64,000 nucleotides of DNA from IMG/VR virus record IMGVR_UViG_3300028392_002123, one strand, 5' to 3'. A program made the position numbers and the translations under genes. Position 1 is the stretch's first letter; each line of letters opens with the position of its first letter. The DNA is from a virus. Lineage: Duplodnaviria > Caudoviricetes. Positions 38,105 through 47,313 of the stretch are shown here, piece after piece. The notes under the pieces are model-generated. The model searched no databases. It was not told the origin of the DNA and saw nothing but the letters and a program-made list of their open reading frames with translations.

Positions 38105-38779
38105 TTAATCTTTCTTGTCGCCAAATAACTGTAGCAAGCTTAAGAAGATATTGATAAAGTCCAAGTACAATGTCAGCGCACCACACACTTCTGCAGCCGG
38201 ACTGGAGTCAGTACTGACCATCTCACGGATCTGTTGTGTGTCATAGGCAGTCAAGCCCATGAAGATCACAATGGCCAGTGCTGAGATAACCATTTGCATA
38301 ACTGAGCTACCAATAAAGATATTGATAATGCTGGCGATGATAATAGCAATTAGTCCAACAAACATGAACTTGCCTAGACTGTCCAAATCTTTCTTGGTAA
38401 AGTATCCGTAAAAACTCATTGTACCAAATAGAACACTAGCACCCATGAACGCACTAAAGATACTGCTCATTGTATACACAGCAAAGATTACAGCAAAGCT
38501 CAAGCCCATAATAGCCGCAAAACCTGCCAGCAATAGTACCGCAGTTTCTTTTGGCGGATTAGCGTTGAGTGCAATAGTAATACCGAACACGGCCGCAAGC
38601 GGTGCCAGCATCACTACCCAATGCATTGCACCTGTAAAGAAAAACTTGACAAGTTCTGGCGTAGTTCCAACAAAATAACTAACCAACATACTTACCAGTG
38701 TGGCCAGACCCATGTAGCCATAGACACGACCCATGGCTTGATTAATTTCTCCTGCGGAGCGATAAGTTACATATTCCAT
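38105..38779 (-). CDS. Bax inhibitor-1 / YccA family membrane protein
   Basis: Seven hydrophobic segments, YGYFTKKDL, TAYDTQQIR, ALTLYLDFINIFL.LL. Confidence 0.9.
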   Translation of the reverse strand: MEYVTYRSAGEINQAMGRVYGYMGLATLVSMLVSYFVGTTPELVKFFFTGAMHWVVMLAPLAAVFGITIALNANPPKETAVLLLAGFAAIMGLSFAVIFAVYTMSSIFSAFMGASVLFGTMSFYGYFTKKDLDSLGKFMFVGLIAIIIASIINIFIGSSVMQMVISALAIVIFMGLTAYDTQQIREMVSTDSSPAAEVCGALTLYLDFINIFLSLLQLFGDKKD

Positions 38780-38784
38780 TTTGA

Positions 38785-39108
38785 TTACCTTTCAAGTAGA
38801 TTTAATTTATTTTTGATGTCTTTGAATTCCTCGGCTGTGGGTAGCTCGGGTTTCTTTTTTATTATAGTTGGCCAAATTTTACTAAGCTCTGCATTGATTG
38901 CAATATAAGGATGTTGACTGATATCTATGTCAGTGTCAGCAACAATAGCATCTACTGGACACTCCGGCACACATACACCACAGTCAATACATTCGTCTGG
39001 ATCGATTACAAGAAAGTTTGGACCTTCTTTAAAACAATCCACAGGACATACAGACACACAGTCTGTATACTTACATTTAATACACGATTCAGTGACTACG
39101 TATGTCAT
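38785..39108 (-). CDS. fdxA: Ferredoxin, FdxA-type (7Fe)
   Basis: [51 protein letters not shown]. Confidence 0.93.
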   Translation of the reverse strand: MTYVVTESCIKCKYTDCVSVCPVDCFKEGPNFLVIDPDECIDCGVCVPECPVDAIVADTDIDISQHPYIAINAELSKIWPTIIKKKPELPTAEEFKDIKNKLNLLER

Positions 39109-39268
39109 TATTAATATTACCTTCTATTTTTTCGTTATAAATTATTTGTTCTGTAATTTCAACACGGCCGCCACATCTTTGACAGATAACATCAGGTTCC
39201 ATTCGATGTTGATCAAAGGAAGAATAGCATTGTGTACAATGTAGTAGCCATTTAGAGTTTGGTTGCAT
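39089..39268 (-). CDS. Small zinc-ribbon protein
   Basis: CTQC...CQRCGG; ATG 7 nt after TAAATA. Confidence 0.55.
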   Translation of the reverse strand: MQPNSKWLLHCTQCYSSFDQHRMEPDVICQRCGGRVEITEQIIYNEKIEGNINNDIRSH

Positions 39269-39278
39269 GGTCGAATAT

Positions 39279-39671
39279 TTATCGACGCATACTTGAAATT
39301 TCCTTGGCTTCGTCGTCGGTAAAAATAGGCACAGCATTTGATTTATGCATGGTACCGATACCTTTGACCTTGGTACCTGTGTACACGGGATTGGGTTTAT
39401 AAGTTGCTACACCAACTTCGCCGGTGTTGCGCGAAGGGATATGACTGGTCGATCTTCCCGCAGGTACTTCTAATTTATAAGTCAGCGGTTCAGCCGACAT
39501 AGCACGGCGACGTTTCTTATCTTCGGCATCTACACCCCATTGCTTTTGCAGGGCCTTCCAAGACTCGTCTAATTCTCTAGCTTTGCGGGCTTCGTCGGCA
39601 TTGCGGAATTTGACCTTGCCTTTTTTCTTGCCGTTATAGCTAAGTGCAGGATGATGTAAGTGCATACTCAT
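39279..39671 (-). CDS. Hypothetical basic protein
   Basis: 130 aa; KGIGTMHKSNAVPIF segment. Confidence 0.65.
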   Translation of the reverse strand: MSMHLHHPALSYNGKKKGKVKFRNADEARKARELDESWKALQKQWGVDAEDKKRRRAMSAEPLTYKLEVPAGRSTSHIPSRNTGEVGVATYKPNPVYTGTKVKGIGTMHKSNAVPIFTDDEAKEISSMRR

Positions 39672-39696
39672 AGATTACTCCAGTAATTATGCTAAT

Positions 39697-39725
39697 ATTA
39701 TAATATAAATCTAATTAATTGTCAA
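39697..39725 (-). promoter_or_regulatory. Consensus sigma70 promoter TTGACA-N17-TATAAT
   Basis: Read directly. Confidence 0.85.
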
Positions 39726-39726
39726 G

Positions 39727-39972
39727 TTATTTTGATAGTTGATATATCAAAACAGCTTCGTCTAAGGCCTGTTTTAGTGTGGGATTGGTTTTGGCGGCCC
39801 TGCGAATTTGTCCCCAAAGTTGATCTTCCTTTATCTGTTCATGAAGATCAAAGGCTCTGGGACTTTGGCTGTGAAGTTGGCGTTGATTACTACCGGCTTC
39901 CCTGACATAGATAGTTTCGCCGCCATCTGGACTTTCGTAGATCACTGCTTCGGTAATTTTACTAACCATCAT
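39727..39972 (-). CDS. Hypothetical protein
   Basis: [12 protein letters not shown] motif; operonic. Confidence 0.6.
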   Translation of the reverse strand: MMVSKITEAVIYESPDGGETIYVREAGSNQRQLHSQSPRAFDLHEQIKEDQLWGQIRRAAKTNPTLKQALDEAVLIYQLSK

Positions 39973-40289
39973 ACACTGAATGAACTACCGCAACCGCAAC
40001 TAGTCTGAGCATTGGGATTTTTGATTACAAAATTTGCACCGGCAAAATCTACTACAAAATCAATTTCGGCACCGGTTAAATATTGCATACTCATCGAATC
40101 TACTAAAAATTTTACTCCCTCTTGTTCGATGACAAAATCGTCATCTTCTTGACTAGTTTCAAAAGTAAACCCATAACTCATTCCACTACAGCCTCCGCCT
40201 TGAACAAATATTCTCAGGCCTGTGTTAGGTTCTTCTTCTTCAAGTAAATATTTTACTTGTTTTGCAGTTGCATCGGTAATTGTAATCAT
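39969..40289 (-). CDS. erpA: A-type Fe-S carrier ErpA/IscA
   Basis: [45 protein letters not shown]. Confidence 0.9.
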   Translation of the reverse strand: MITITDATAKQVKYLLEEEEPNTGLRIFVQGGGCSGMSYGFTFETSQEDDDFVIEQEGVKFLVDSMSMQYLTGAEIDFVVDFAGANFVIKNPNAQTSCGCGSSFSV

Positions 40290-40291
40290 TG

Positions 40292-40846
40292 TTAATTCCT
40301 TTTAAACAACGAGAGGTAATTGGAAAAATCATTTCCCTGAAACCTTATACTAGCACATATCCTATGGCTATTTCCATTAATGGTAACATTATGTGGTACT
40401 GTTGTTTTTACTAAACAAGGTCCGTCGGACCATGCATAGCTTTCTATTAAATCACAGTCTTTTAAATCAAATCCCACGTATGAGTTTGTTCCTGTACGTG
40501 CCGGCCCGTCCCAACTAGGTAAAGATTTTTCTTTATACCAATTCATTGTCCATGGACTATCACAGCGTATCCAATTTATTGCGGCACGGTCGCCTAAATC
40601 ATATGAACCATCAACATGTATAGTCATATAATAAGGTGCAGGAGGGATAACAAAAATTTGTACCTCTCTCAATTTGAGGCCCATGCCTTTATATGATTTA
40701 ACTAATTCTGGTCTAAGAATAGTTTCGTCTTTGTAATATAGTAATTGTCCGTCAGTCTTGAGTGTTAGTTCGGGTGTTAGATCTGGGATAAAAGGCCACG
40801 CTTGCCATTCGGGTATGGAAATTTTATAATGAAGATCATCGCTCAT
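40292..40846 (-). CDS. 2OG-Fe(II) oxygenase-like protein
   Basis: HVD...AINW...MNWY...[10 protein letters not shown]...RICASIRF. Confidence 0.6.
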   Translation of the reverse strand: MSDDLHYKISIPEWQAWPFIPDLTPELTLKTDGQLLYYKDETILRPELVKSYKGMGLKLREVQIFVIPPAPYYMTIHVDGSYDLGDRAAINWIRCDSPWTMNWYKEKSLPSWDGPARTGTNSYVGFDLKDCDLIESYAWSDGPCLVKTTVPHNVTINGNSHRICASIRFQGNDFSNYLSLFKRN

Positions 40847-40847
40847 A

Positions 40848-41357
40848 TTACAAATTGTTATCCATGATAAACTCTTTGACTATGTCAAAGGTATATGGAG
40901 GATTGAAACCCAGAGTAAAAACAACACGCGGTTCATTGAAGTTCAAAACTGCATGTTCAGTTTTTGTGTCAATTAGATAATAATGTCGTGGTTTATATTT
41001 TAACTCTTTGATATGATGCAGGTCTTCGCCTGTTTCATATGGTCGTCCCCAAAACGAATGACTGTCCCAGCCTGTCATTAACATATTAATAGCACAGGTT
41101 CTCACAGTATCTTTGTGAAATTTATAGTGCAGATTAGATCCCATTTTAAGAAAAACAGGCGACGTGGATTTTATATCAAATTCGTTATACAGCGCCGCCA
41201 TGACTGGATCACTGCGTATCAACATTTCTGGTAATACCAGTATGTCGAAACTGTATTGATTAAACCATTTAGCATCAGGCATGTCAATACACCCTGCAAT
41301 TTGATCATATATACTGCACGGAGTCTTAAGTTCGTAAAAGCATTCGTTTATTATCAT
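40848..41357 (-). CDS. 2OG-Fe(II) oxygenase-like protein
   Basis: FHKD..R.CAIN...EHAVLN...R. Confidence 0.6.
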   Translation of the reverse strand: MIINECFYELKTPCSIYDQIAGCIDMPDAKWFNQYSFDILVLPEMLIRSDPVMAALYNEFDIKSTSPVFLKMGSNLHYKFHKDTVRTCAINMLMTGWDSHSFWGRPYETGEDLHHIKELKYKPRHYYLIDTKTEHAVLNFNEPRVVFTLGFNPPYTFDIVKEFIMDNNL

Positions 41358-41369
41358 TATAATATTTAC

Positions 41370-41951
41370 CTAGTAAGCATCTTGGTAATCTTCTAGTACA
41401 TACCAGCCTAATTTTTTAAGGTCTGCTCGGATCTCATCCGTGACCACCATTTCCGAAACAAATGCCTGTGCTTCTTTATATCTAACTTGCTGTTCTTCTG
41501 TTAGTGCATTAAATTCTTCAGGAGACAATTCGTCATTATTTTTTATACCACTACAGTACCAATCAATGTAGTCGCCCTTTTCCTGCATGTCAGCAATGAT
41601 GCCACCGGCATAGCGCCAGCTGGCACTCCAAGTCTGGCCAGCCAATCTGGGTATGAATTCATTTTTTTGAAAAGTATTATTGCAAATGGCCGCGTAAAGG
41701 TTTTGTGCATAGACGTCGTTGTCGCGAACTTTTTCCAATATCCACGGAGTACTGCGTAGATCATACTCCATGTTATTTTCTTGCCAAGCGGGATCGGCTT
41801 CCCGTTGTTGTTTATCAATATCCCAACTATCGTAATATTCGGCCATGGCCTTGGTGTCCTCGTCATTTTCCGGAGTCCGGCCATCTTCGGCTCGTCGTTT
41901 TAGGAAGTTTTCTTTTTGAAAAGTATTTCTTTGTGGACTGTTTGACAGCAT
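41370..41951 (-). CDS. Hypothetical protein
   Basis: 193 aa; YAQNLYAAICNN, SWRYAGGIIADM, GDYIDWYCSG segments. Confidence 0.65.
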   Translation of the reverse strand: MLSNSPQRNTFQKENFLKRRAEDGRTPENDEDTKAMAEYYDSWDIDKQQREADPAWQENNMEYDLRSTPWILEKVRDNDVYAQNLYAAICNNTFQKNEFIPRLAGQTWSASWRYAGGIIADMQEKGDYIDWYCSGIKNNDELSPEEFNALTEEQQVRYKEAQAFVSEMVVTDEIRADLKKLGWYVLEDYQDAY

Positions 41952-41957
41952 ATTAGT

Positions 41958-42587
41958 CTATATTATGGGTCGAAATTCTGGTTTAATAACCCCTGTCTGC
42001 AACAGCAAGGGACTTTGAAGTTTACTTGGCAATACTACATAGAATCCTTTGTAGTCTTCTTTGAGCTGATCCAATTTTTCCTGAGTATCGATATAGCGAT
42101 CAATATAAAAGTTAATGCGTTTGACTTTTTTATATATTTGTTCTTGCCAAATCTTAATACCTTCCTTGGTACGTGGGCCCTGTGTTATTGAAAAGAAATA
42201 ATAGATACCTTGGTTGATAAATGGATCAAATGCCAAATAGCCCATGTCATTTTCCCAGATATTATTGCTTGCTGGAGTATACCCCGGAGCGGTGTACACA
42301 AACAATAAACAAAAATATGGAACAACTCTAACAGGTTTGCTCCATAATTTATTCAAACTACTGGTTACAACGAACCTAACGATTTTATCATTGTCGATTT
42401 CCGCCGAAATAAAAAAATTTTTATGCGGATCGGATTCTCTGCTGGTCCACCATTTAATGTACCAATCAAAGGTCAAACTCAATCCTTCGGTGGAATATGA
42501 CTTTGATTTTTCAAATAATATTTGATCGAGACATTGCCTAAAAAGTACAATGTCGTTTTCGTCATCAGGGTTTAATAAACGTATCAT
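41958..42587 (-). CDS. Hypothetical protein
   Basis: 209 aa ORF directly downstream of the tRNA. Confidence 0.55.
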   Translation of the reverse strand: MIRLLNPDDENDIVLFRQCLDQILFEKSKSYSTEGLSLTFDWYIKWWTSRESDPHKNFFISAEIDNDKIVRFVVTSSLNKLWSKPVRVVPYFCLLFVYTAPGYTPASNNIWENDMGYLAFDPFINQGIYYFFSITQGPRTKEGIKIWQEQIYKKVKRINFYIDRYIDTQEKLDQLKEDYKGFYVVLPSKLQSPLLLQTGVIKPEFRPII

Positions 42588-42603
42588 TGCTGTCCTATAT
42601 AAT

Positions 42604-42679
42604 TGGTTGCGGGTGAAGGATTCGAACCTCCGTCCTCCAGGTTATGAGCCTGACAGTCTGACCACTGACGTAACCCGCG
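42604..42679 (-). tRNA. tRNA-fMet (CAU), initiator type
   Basis: 76 nt cloverleaf CGCGGGU...ACCCGCAACCA; C1:A72 mismatch, G11:C24, loop CUCAUAA, encoded CCA. Confidence 0.9.
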
Positions 42680-42688
42680 GTATGCTAT

Positions 42689-43258
42689 TTATAGTAAGCC
42701 TTCTTGCGTTAATATTTGTACAGTACGATCGCTGAGTGCAATCTCTGTGCGTACATTTAACTCAAGCAATTCGTCTTGCAATTTTTGTTTAGATTTTTTT
42801 ACTAAACTGACCAAGATTTTAAAACCTTTGATATCTTCTTCTTGGAAGATACTGGTAGAAACTGTGTTTTCGAAGCCGTAGATACTGCGACTGTCTTCTT
42901 TACGATTTCTAATTTTTGCCAATTTACCTTCGATGTGTGTGGGATCTTCTCGAACTGCCTTGGCCATGAATGCGGTATAACTTTGGATTTGTTTATCCAA
43001 GTGTGCAATGTCTGCCAAGCGCATGTCAACACCCACTTGATTATTGGCCGCACTAGTGGCTTTGCGAATTTCATAGACCGCAGACACCAAAGTGTCTTTA
43101 CGTGCAAGATCTTCTTTGAATTTCATAACTGCTTTGGCTAGTTCTGGTTCAACAGTTTGAAATTCATTGAGACTGACTTCAGTGACCAAATTAATAGACT
43201 TGATCGCGTCATTGATGCTATTTTGCAGTACAGAAGCTTTACGTAAACTAATGTTCAT
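42689..43258 (-). CDS. Hypothetical coiled-coil protein
   Basis: 189 aa; AAGGA SD. Confidence 0.65.
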   Translation of the reverse strand: MNISLRKASVLQNSINDAIKSINLVTEVSLNEFQTVEPELAKAVMKFKEDLARKDTLVSAVYEIRKATSAANNQVGVDMRLADIAHLDKQIQSYTAFMAKAVREDPTHIEGKLAKIRNRKEDSRSIYGFENTVSTSIFQEEDIKGFKILVSLVKKSKQKLQDELLELNVRTEIALSDRTVQILTQEGLL

Positions 43259-43267
43259 TTTTATTCC

Positions 43268-43441
43268 TTACTTTTTGTCTTTGTTATTTCGACCGGTGCG
43301 CTGACGACTTTCAGCTTCTGCAATAGCCACATAGCTACGCATAAAAGCACCACGCTTGTGCGGATCACTGATAGTTGATGCCGCCATTTTTACCAAACTA
43401 CCGATTTTAACGGCCTTGGGATCATATCCTCTACATGTCAT
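43268..43441 (-). CDS. 57 aa hypothetical protein
   Basis: Hand-translated MTCRGYDPKAVKIG...; AAAGGA SD and its own promoter. Confidence 0.6.
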   Translation of the reverse strand: MTCRGYDPKAVKIGSLVKMAASTISDPHKRGAFMRSYVAIAEAESRQRTGRNNKDKK

Positions 43442-43464
43442 TTTATTTCCTTTAAGTTAACAAT

Positions 43465-43493
43465 ATTATACAACAAAATTAAAACAGAGTCAA
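43465..43493 (-). promoter_or_regulatory. sigma70 promoter TTGACT-N17-TATAAT
   Basis: Read directly. Confidence 0.8.
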
Positions 43494-43499
43494 GAAAGC

Positions 43500-43770
43500 A
43501 AGTAACCAACTGGACAAAAAACAGTGAAATTAATTTCTTAATTTCCAACAAGTCACAATGCACAAAGCACAGAGACTTGTATATGTCTGGTTAGCAAATC
43601 ACAAAGTCGATAAAGTTCGGACCAGTTCACACAAGTGCGGGGCGTTTTCAAGGCGCCTGCCATTGGAGTTATGTTCGTAATCGCATGTAGCGATAACGAG
43701 TGTCAGTTCTCATCTCTTTCTTTTCTCCGGGTAGTTCGCTTTCGCTACTACCAAAACTATAAATCTGTGT
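43500..43770 (-). ncRNA. Candidate structured RNA downstream of tRNA-Pro
   Basis: At least five hairpins including a GAAA tetraloop and a final 7-bp stem followed by a U-tract. Confidence 0.4.
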
Positions 43771-43778
43771 TGGTAAAT

Positions 43779-43855
43779 TGGTCGGAGTACAAGGATTCGA
43801 ACCTTGGACCCCCTGGTCCCAAACCAGGTGCGCTACCAGACTGCGCCACACTCCG
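43779..43855 (-). tRNA. tRNA-Pro (UGG)
   Basis: Cloverleaf CGGAGUG..., loop UUUGGGA, TTCGAAT, CCA. Confidence 0.95.
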
Positions 43856-43937
43856 AATAAAATCTTGCCTTATTAGAACGGTTAGGCTACCGGTTAAATT
43901 CTCGACTCTAACTGTGATTCAATCTCGGTGGAAAAAA

Positions 43938-44567
43938 TTATTCTAGTCTGCTAAATCCCCATTGACGTTCTTCACACCACCAACAGTGACCGCAGTGGCC
44001 ACTAGTTAGTATAAGATCTTCGCAGGACCTTGTCAAGGGAAATATATCGTCTAATACATTCAATTCCTTATATATACCCGAAATTACTTTTTTATCAACG
44101 TTGATAAAAGGTCTATAATTCCTATTGTTATTCCCTGTGTAAAATGGTTTAATATCATAGGGATTGCGTTCTGATCGAGTACGACTATTATCTGTAAATT
44201 TATCTGTTACTTCTACCGGAGGATTTGCTGTTACCCCTGTGTACAAATAATTTATTTTTCCCGAGTTAAGATCTGCAATACCATGCGTTAACATATTACT
44301 TTCTGTTTGTTCATCGACAAACACAACATGATGATAGACATTATTTCTATTTAACATATCTATACATTTGCCAATTACTTTTAATGCATAATGCGGTGCT
44401 GTTCTACTTTTTGCTTTATTGGCACATGTATAAACATGCACAGCACCTTTTGCATATTTCATTAAAATATACAGCAATATTGAACTGTCGGCTCCTCCGC
44501 TGACACTAACACCGATCGGTCCATCATGAATGTCAATGTTAACATTATTAATTGTCAACGTCTGCAT
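43938..44567 (-). CDS. QueC-like PP-loop ATPase (7-cyano-7-deazaguanine synthase family)
   Basis: [10 protein letters not shown]-loop and C-terminal TRSC...[10 protein letters not shown] Zn site. Likely start ATG 44567. Confidence 0.7.
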   Translation of the reverse strand: MQTLTINNVNIDIHDGPIGVSVSGGADSSILLYILMKYAKGAVHVYTCANKAKSRTAPHYALKVIGKCIDMLNRNNVYHHVVFVDEQTESNMLTHGIADLNSGKINYLYTGVTANPPVEVTDKFTDNSRTRSERNPYDIKPFYTGNNNRNYRPFINVDKKVISGIYKELNVLDDIFPLTRSCEDLILTSGHCGHCWWCEERQWGFSRLE

Positions 44568-44568
44568 G

Positions 44569-44853
44569 TTATTCTGTTTTATTTGATTCTTCAGCGTCCC
44601 GACGGAACTCATCTTCCATCCACAACATTTTTCGATGCTGATACATTTCTTCGCTGAGTCCGTGCCAGCCGATACACTTGCCTGTTGGGCTACGGCCGCA
44701 ACCACACTTGCCAAATTCTTCTGCGTTTTCTTTTACTCTTACCTGCATAGCCTGTTCCTTATTTTTATTAAAAATTCTGTCCCAATTGGATGCATAAGTT
44801 TCTGCACCAATGCTAAATGGACGAGGTGAGCTACCTTTGCCGCCATCACTCAT
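44569..44853 (-). CDS. Small protein with CDGSH-like Cys3His motif
   Basis: [15 protein letters not shown]. Confidence 0.55.
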   Translation of the reverse strand: MSDGGKGSSPRPFSIGAETYASNWDRIFNKNKEQAMQVRVKENAEEFGKCGCGRSPTGKCIGWHGLSEEMYQHRKMLWMEDEFRRDAEESNKTE

Positions 44854-44890
44854 AGTAATTCCTCAAAATTGTATAATTACTTATTCATAG

Positions 44891-44919
44891 ATTATACAAT
44901 AGATCCTGCAGGCAGTCAA
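44891..44919 (-). promoter_or_regulatory. sigma70 promoter TTGACT-N17-TATAAT
   Basis: Read directly. Confidence 0.8.
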
Positions 44920-45056
44920 GCAGTTTTTAACTTTTTTAAATTATCTATTGCCAATTTTACATCATTGACATTGATACATAATCTCTGTGCTATTTCAAAT
45001 GCACTAAGCCTAAGTTCTAAATAGGATCTAATTTCTGCAAGTATAAGACGCGACAT
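44916..45056 (-). CDS. 46 aa protein, HTH-like
   Basis: Hand-translated ...LSAFEIAQRLCINVNDVKLAI...; GGAG SD. Confidence 0.5.
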   Translation of the reverse strand: MSRLILAEIRSYLELRLSAFEIAQRLCINVNDVKLAIDNLKKLKTA

Positions 45057-45128
45057 ACTAATCTCCAGGTATATAATATATAACGCATGAACTTAGTCTG
45101 TCGTTGACAACACACTATAAATATTTTG

Positions 45129-45896
45129 ATGCAAGACTTATTTGATATACTATACACACCCCTGGACTGTCCGCCAATGCCTAAAATAGATGTGGACAAA
45201 CTGGATCTTTGGCAACAAGATCGAGTCAATAATTTTGACAAGAACAAATCAGCAAGCGCGGCCGAACTTCAGTCCAATGCTCGCACTTGGTTTATGAAAA
45301 AATCTTTTTTTCAAGGAGATCAAAATCAATATCCCTGGGATCTATCTATGTTATATTATAATAAAAATAACAGCAACGTGGGATGGTTAGGCGGATTTGA
45401 TAAAGAGTTCCCCGAACTAGTAGAGTATATTAACTCAGCTTTTGGAATACCAGTGCATGAATTTGGCACAGTATTATTACTGCCTGTTAAAAAATCACAT
45501 ACTGGAATATACTGGCATAGAGATGATGATACATCGGGTCTGCGTATGTACATTGAACACGAAGATCCAGTGAACAATACATTAATAATGCGTAGATCTG
45601 TGACCAGAGATAGATGGCCCTTGCCATGGCAGTATGATATTACTAGGCCGTTAAATGGATTTCAAGAAGAAGATTTAACCTGCAACATTGTCAGTAAAAA
45701 TCAATGTTTCTTCCTGAACAATATTAGAGCATTGCATGCCACAGTGACCAAAGCACCTGAGCGCAGAAGATTCACATTGTTGTTTGGCGACAAGTTAAAT
45801 AGAGTCATGCCAAATAGAATTAATCAACTCACCGAAGATTTAATCAAACGTAGTGCTGAAAAATACAAAGAGCAGGCCATACTATGGCCGGTTTAA
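45129..45896 (+). CDS. 2OG-Fe(II) oxygenase-like protein
   Basis: WHRDD...LHATV...RRF; ATG 5 nt after TATAAATA. Confidence 0.55.
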   Translation: MQDLFDILYTPLDCPPMPKIDVDKLDLWQQDRVNNFDKNKSASAAELQSNARTWFMKKSFFQGDQNQYPWDLSMLYYNKNNSNVGWLGGFDKEFPELVEYINSAFGIPVHEFGTVLLLPVKKSHTGIYWHRDDDTSGLRMYIEHEDPVNNTLIMRRSVTRDRWPLPWQYDITRPLNGFQEEDLTCNIVSKNQCFFLNNIRALHATVTKAPERRRFTLLFGDKLNRVMPNRINQLTEDLIKRSAEKYKEQAILWPV

Positions 45897-46090
45897 ACAG
45901 CAGTCAATGCTTGTTTGAGTGCCGCTAACTCTGCGTCAGACATAACTAATTCTAGTTTGTTCTGCTCTGCATCTGGATTACGGGCCCATGCATAAGTTGT
46001 AAAAATTCGAACATGGTTGTCATATGGGGCAACGTTTAATTTACGAACTTCGCAGTACAACTTATAACCTGCTTTGTCACTGATAATCAT
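45893..46090 (-). CDS. Hypothetical protein
   Basis: 65 aa; AGGAG SD. Confidence 0.6.
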   Translation of the reverse strand: MIISDKAGYKLYCEVRKLNVAPYDNHVRIFTTYAWARNPDAEQNKLELVMSDAELAALKQALTAV

Positions 46091-46109
46091 ATCGACTCCT
46101 TTTAAAATA

Positions 46110-46185
46110 TGGCTCCCCGAGCTGGGTTCGAACCAGCGACCAGCGGATTAACAGTCCGTTACTCTACCAACTGAGCTATCAGGGA
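46110..46185 (-). tRNA. tRNA-Asn (GUU)
   Basis: Cloverleaf UCCCUGA..., loop CUGUUAA, CCA. Confidence 0.95.
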
Positions 46186-46191
46186 ATAATT

Positions 46192-46267
46192 TGGTGGAAG
46201 TTGACGGGATCGAACCGCCGACATTCTGCGTGTAAGGCAGACGCTCTACCATCTGAGCTAAACTTCC
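46192..46267 (-). tRNA. tRNA-Val (UAC)
   Basis: Cloverleaf GGAAGUU..., loop CUUACAC, CCA. Confidence 0.95.
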
Positions 46268-46269
46268 TA

Positions 46270-46413
46270 TTATCTTGTAAAATACCTTTTTATCTTGATC
46301 CAGTAGTACCTAACTCCACGTGGAGTTTTGATCCAATCTGCATCAAACCAAAAACCTATTTCTCGGGGCATATTGCCATATGCCTTGTTTAAAGTATCTT
46401 CTTGCTTTGACAT
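46270..46413 (-). CDS. 47 aa basic protein between tRNAs
   Basis: Hand-translated MSKQEDTLNKAYGNMPREIG...; AAGGAG SD. Confidence 0.6.
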   Translation of the reverse strand: MSKQEDTLNKAYGNMPREIGFWFDADWIKTPRGVRYYWIKIKRYFTR

Positions 46414-46432
46414 ATATGCTCCTTATAGTAAA

Positions 46433-46508
46433 TGGTGGAGGTGACAGGGATCGAACCCGCGACCTACTGGTTGCAAACCAGTCGCTCTCCCAATTGAGCT
46501 ACACCCCC
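46433..46508 (-). tRNA. tRNA-Ala (UGC)
   Basis: G3:U70 identity pair, loop UUUGCAA, CCA. Confidence 0.95.
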
Positions 46509-46509
46509 A

Positions 46510-47313
46510 TTAATTTTTAAACTTGGCTAAATTTAACTTAACCAATAATTCTATTGTTCTTGCCGCTGGATCGAGTTCATACCATTTTCTTCCATAGCGA
46601 TAATTCGCAGGATCATCATGATGATTTCGATGCCAAGCATCTCCGTTATTAATATTCAGCATAACCAGTACTAGGCTGTTACTACCTTTATTATTACCTC
46701 CAACAGGTAATAACCATGCAGGAGTGTTATGACCCCATGCGTTAATGCTATGCATCTTGTTGATGGTCAATCCCAACACAGCAATCCAAAATAACAACAA
46801 TTCTGGACTAATAAAATAAAGCGACAATAACCATACTGCATTTATTACCCAACTATATCTTGCAAACCATGCATGAGTAGGGTCCTTGGCTAGATCGGGC
46901 GCATACTGTATTTTAATGGGAGTAAAATACGTACAAAACTGAATCCACAGCCTAGATTTAAAATAAGGACTATGCGGATCACGTTCGGTGTCAGCATGTC
47001 TATGATGTTGTCTATGCACAGCGGCCCAACCTATGCTGGTGCCAACCATGGTAATTGTGAATAAAAATAATCCTAGAATATTCAGATATTTCTTAGGTAC
47101 CCAGGATCTATGCGACCATGCTCTGTGTGCAAAAATAGTAAGATTAATTCCTAGTGCGTATACAGTAATCAACAGTATTGCAATGGAACTAAAATTAAAA
47201 TTATTTGCAATCCAATATACACTGACTATCAAACTAGTGATGCCCACGGTGCTTAACAACCAAGGTTCAATTTTAACTCTGTCTAAGACCATATTATTCT
47301 TTAATGAATACAT
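46510..47313 (-). CDS. Membrane fatty-acid desaturase (delta-9-like), third paralog
   Basis: His boxes HRAWSH, HRQHHRH, HRNHH; DTERDPHSP; WYELDP. Confidence 0.88.
   Translation of the reverse strand: MYSLKNNMVLDRVKIEPWLLSTVGITSLIVSVYWIANNFNFSSIAILLITVYALGINLTIFAHRAWSHRSWVPKKYLNILGLFLFTITMVGTSIGWAAVHRQHHRHADTERDPHSPYFKSRLWIQFCTYFTPIKIQYAPDLAKDPTHAWFARYSWVINAVWLLSLYFISPELLLFWIAVLGLTINKMHSINAWGHNTPAWLLPVGGNNKGSNSLVLVMLNINNGDAWHRNHHDDPANYRYGRKWYELDPAARTIELLVKLNLAKFKN

Noticed and set aside
43500-43770. tmRNA (one- or two-piece) because of the short internal ORF
   Set aside because: There is no alanyl acceptor stem or T-arm with CCA, and the peptide does not end in a hydrophobic or Ala-Ala degron.
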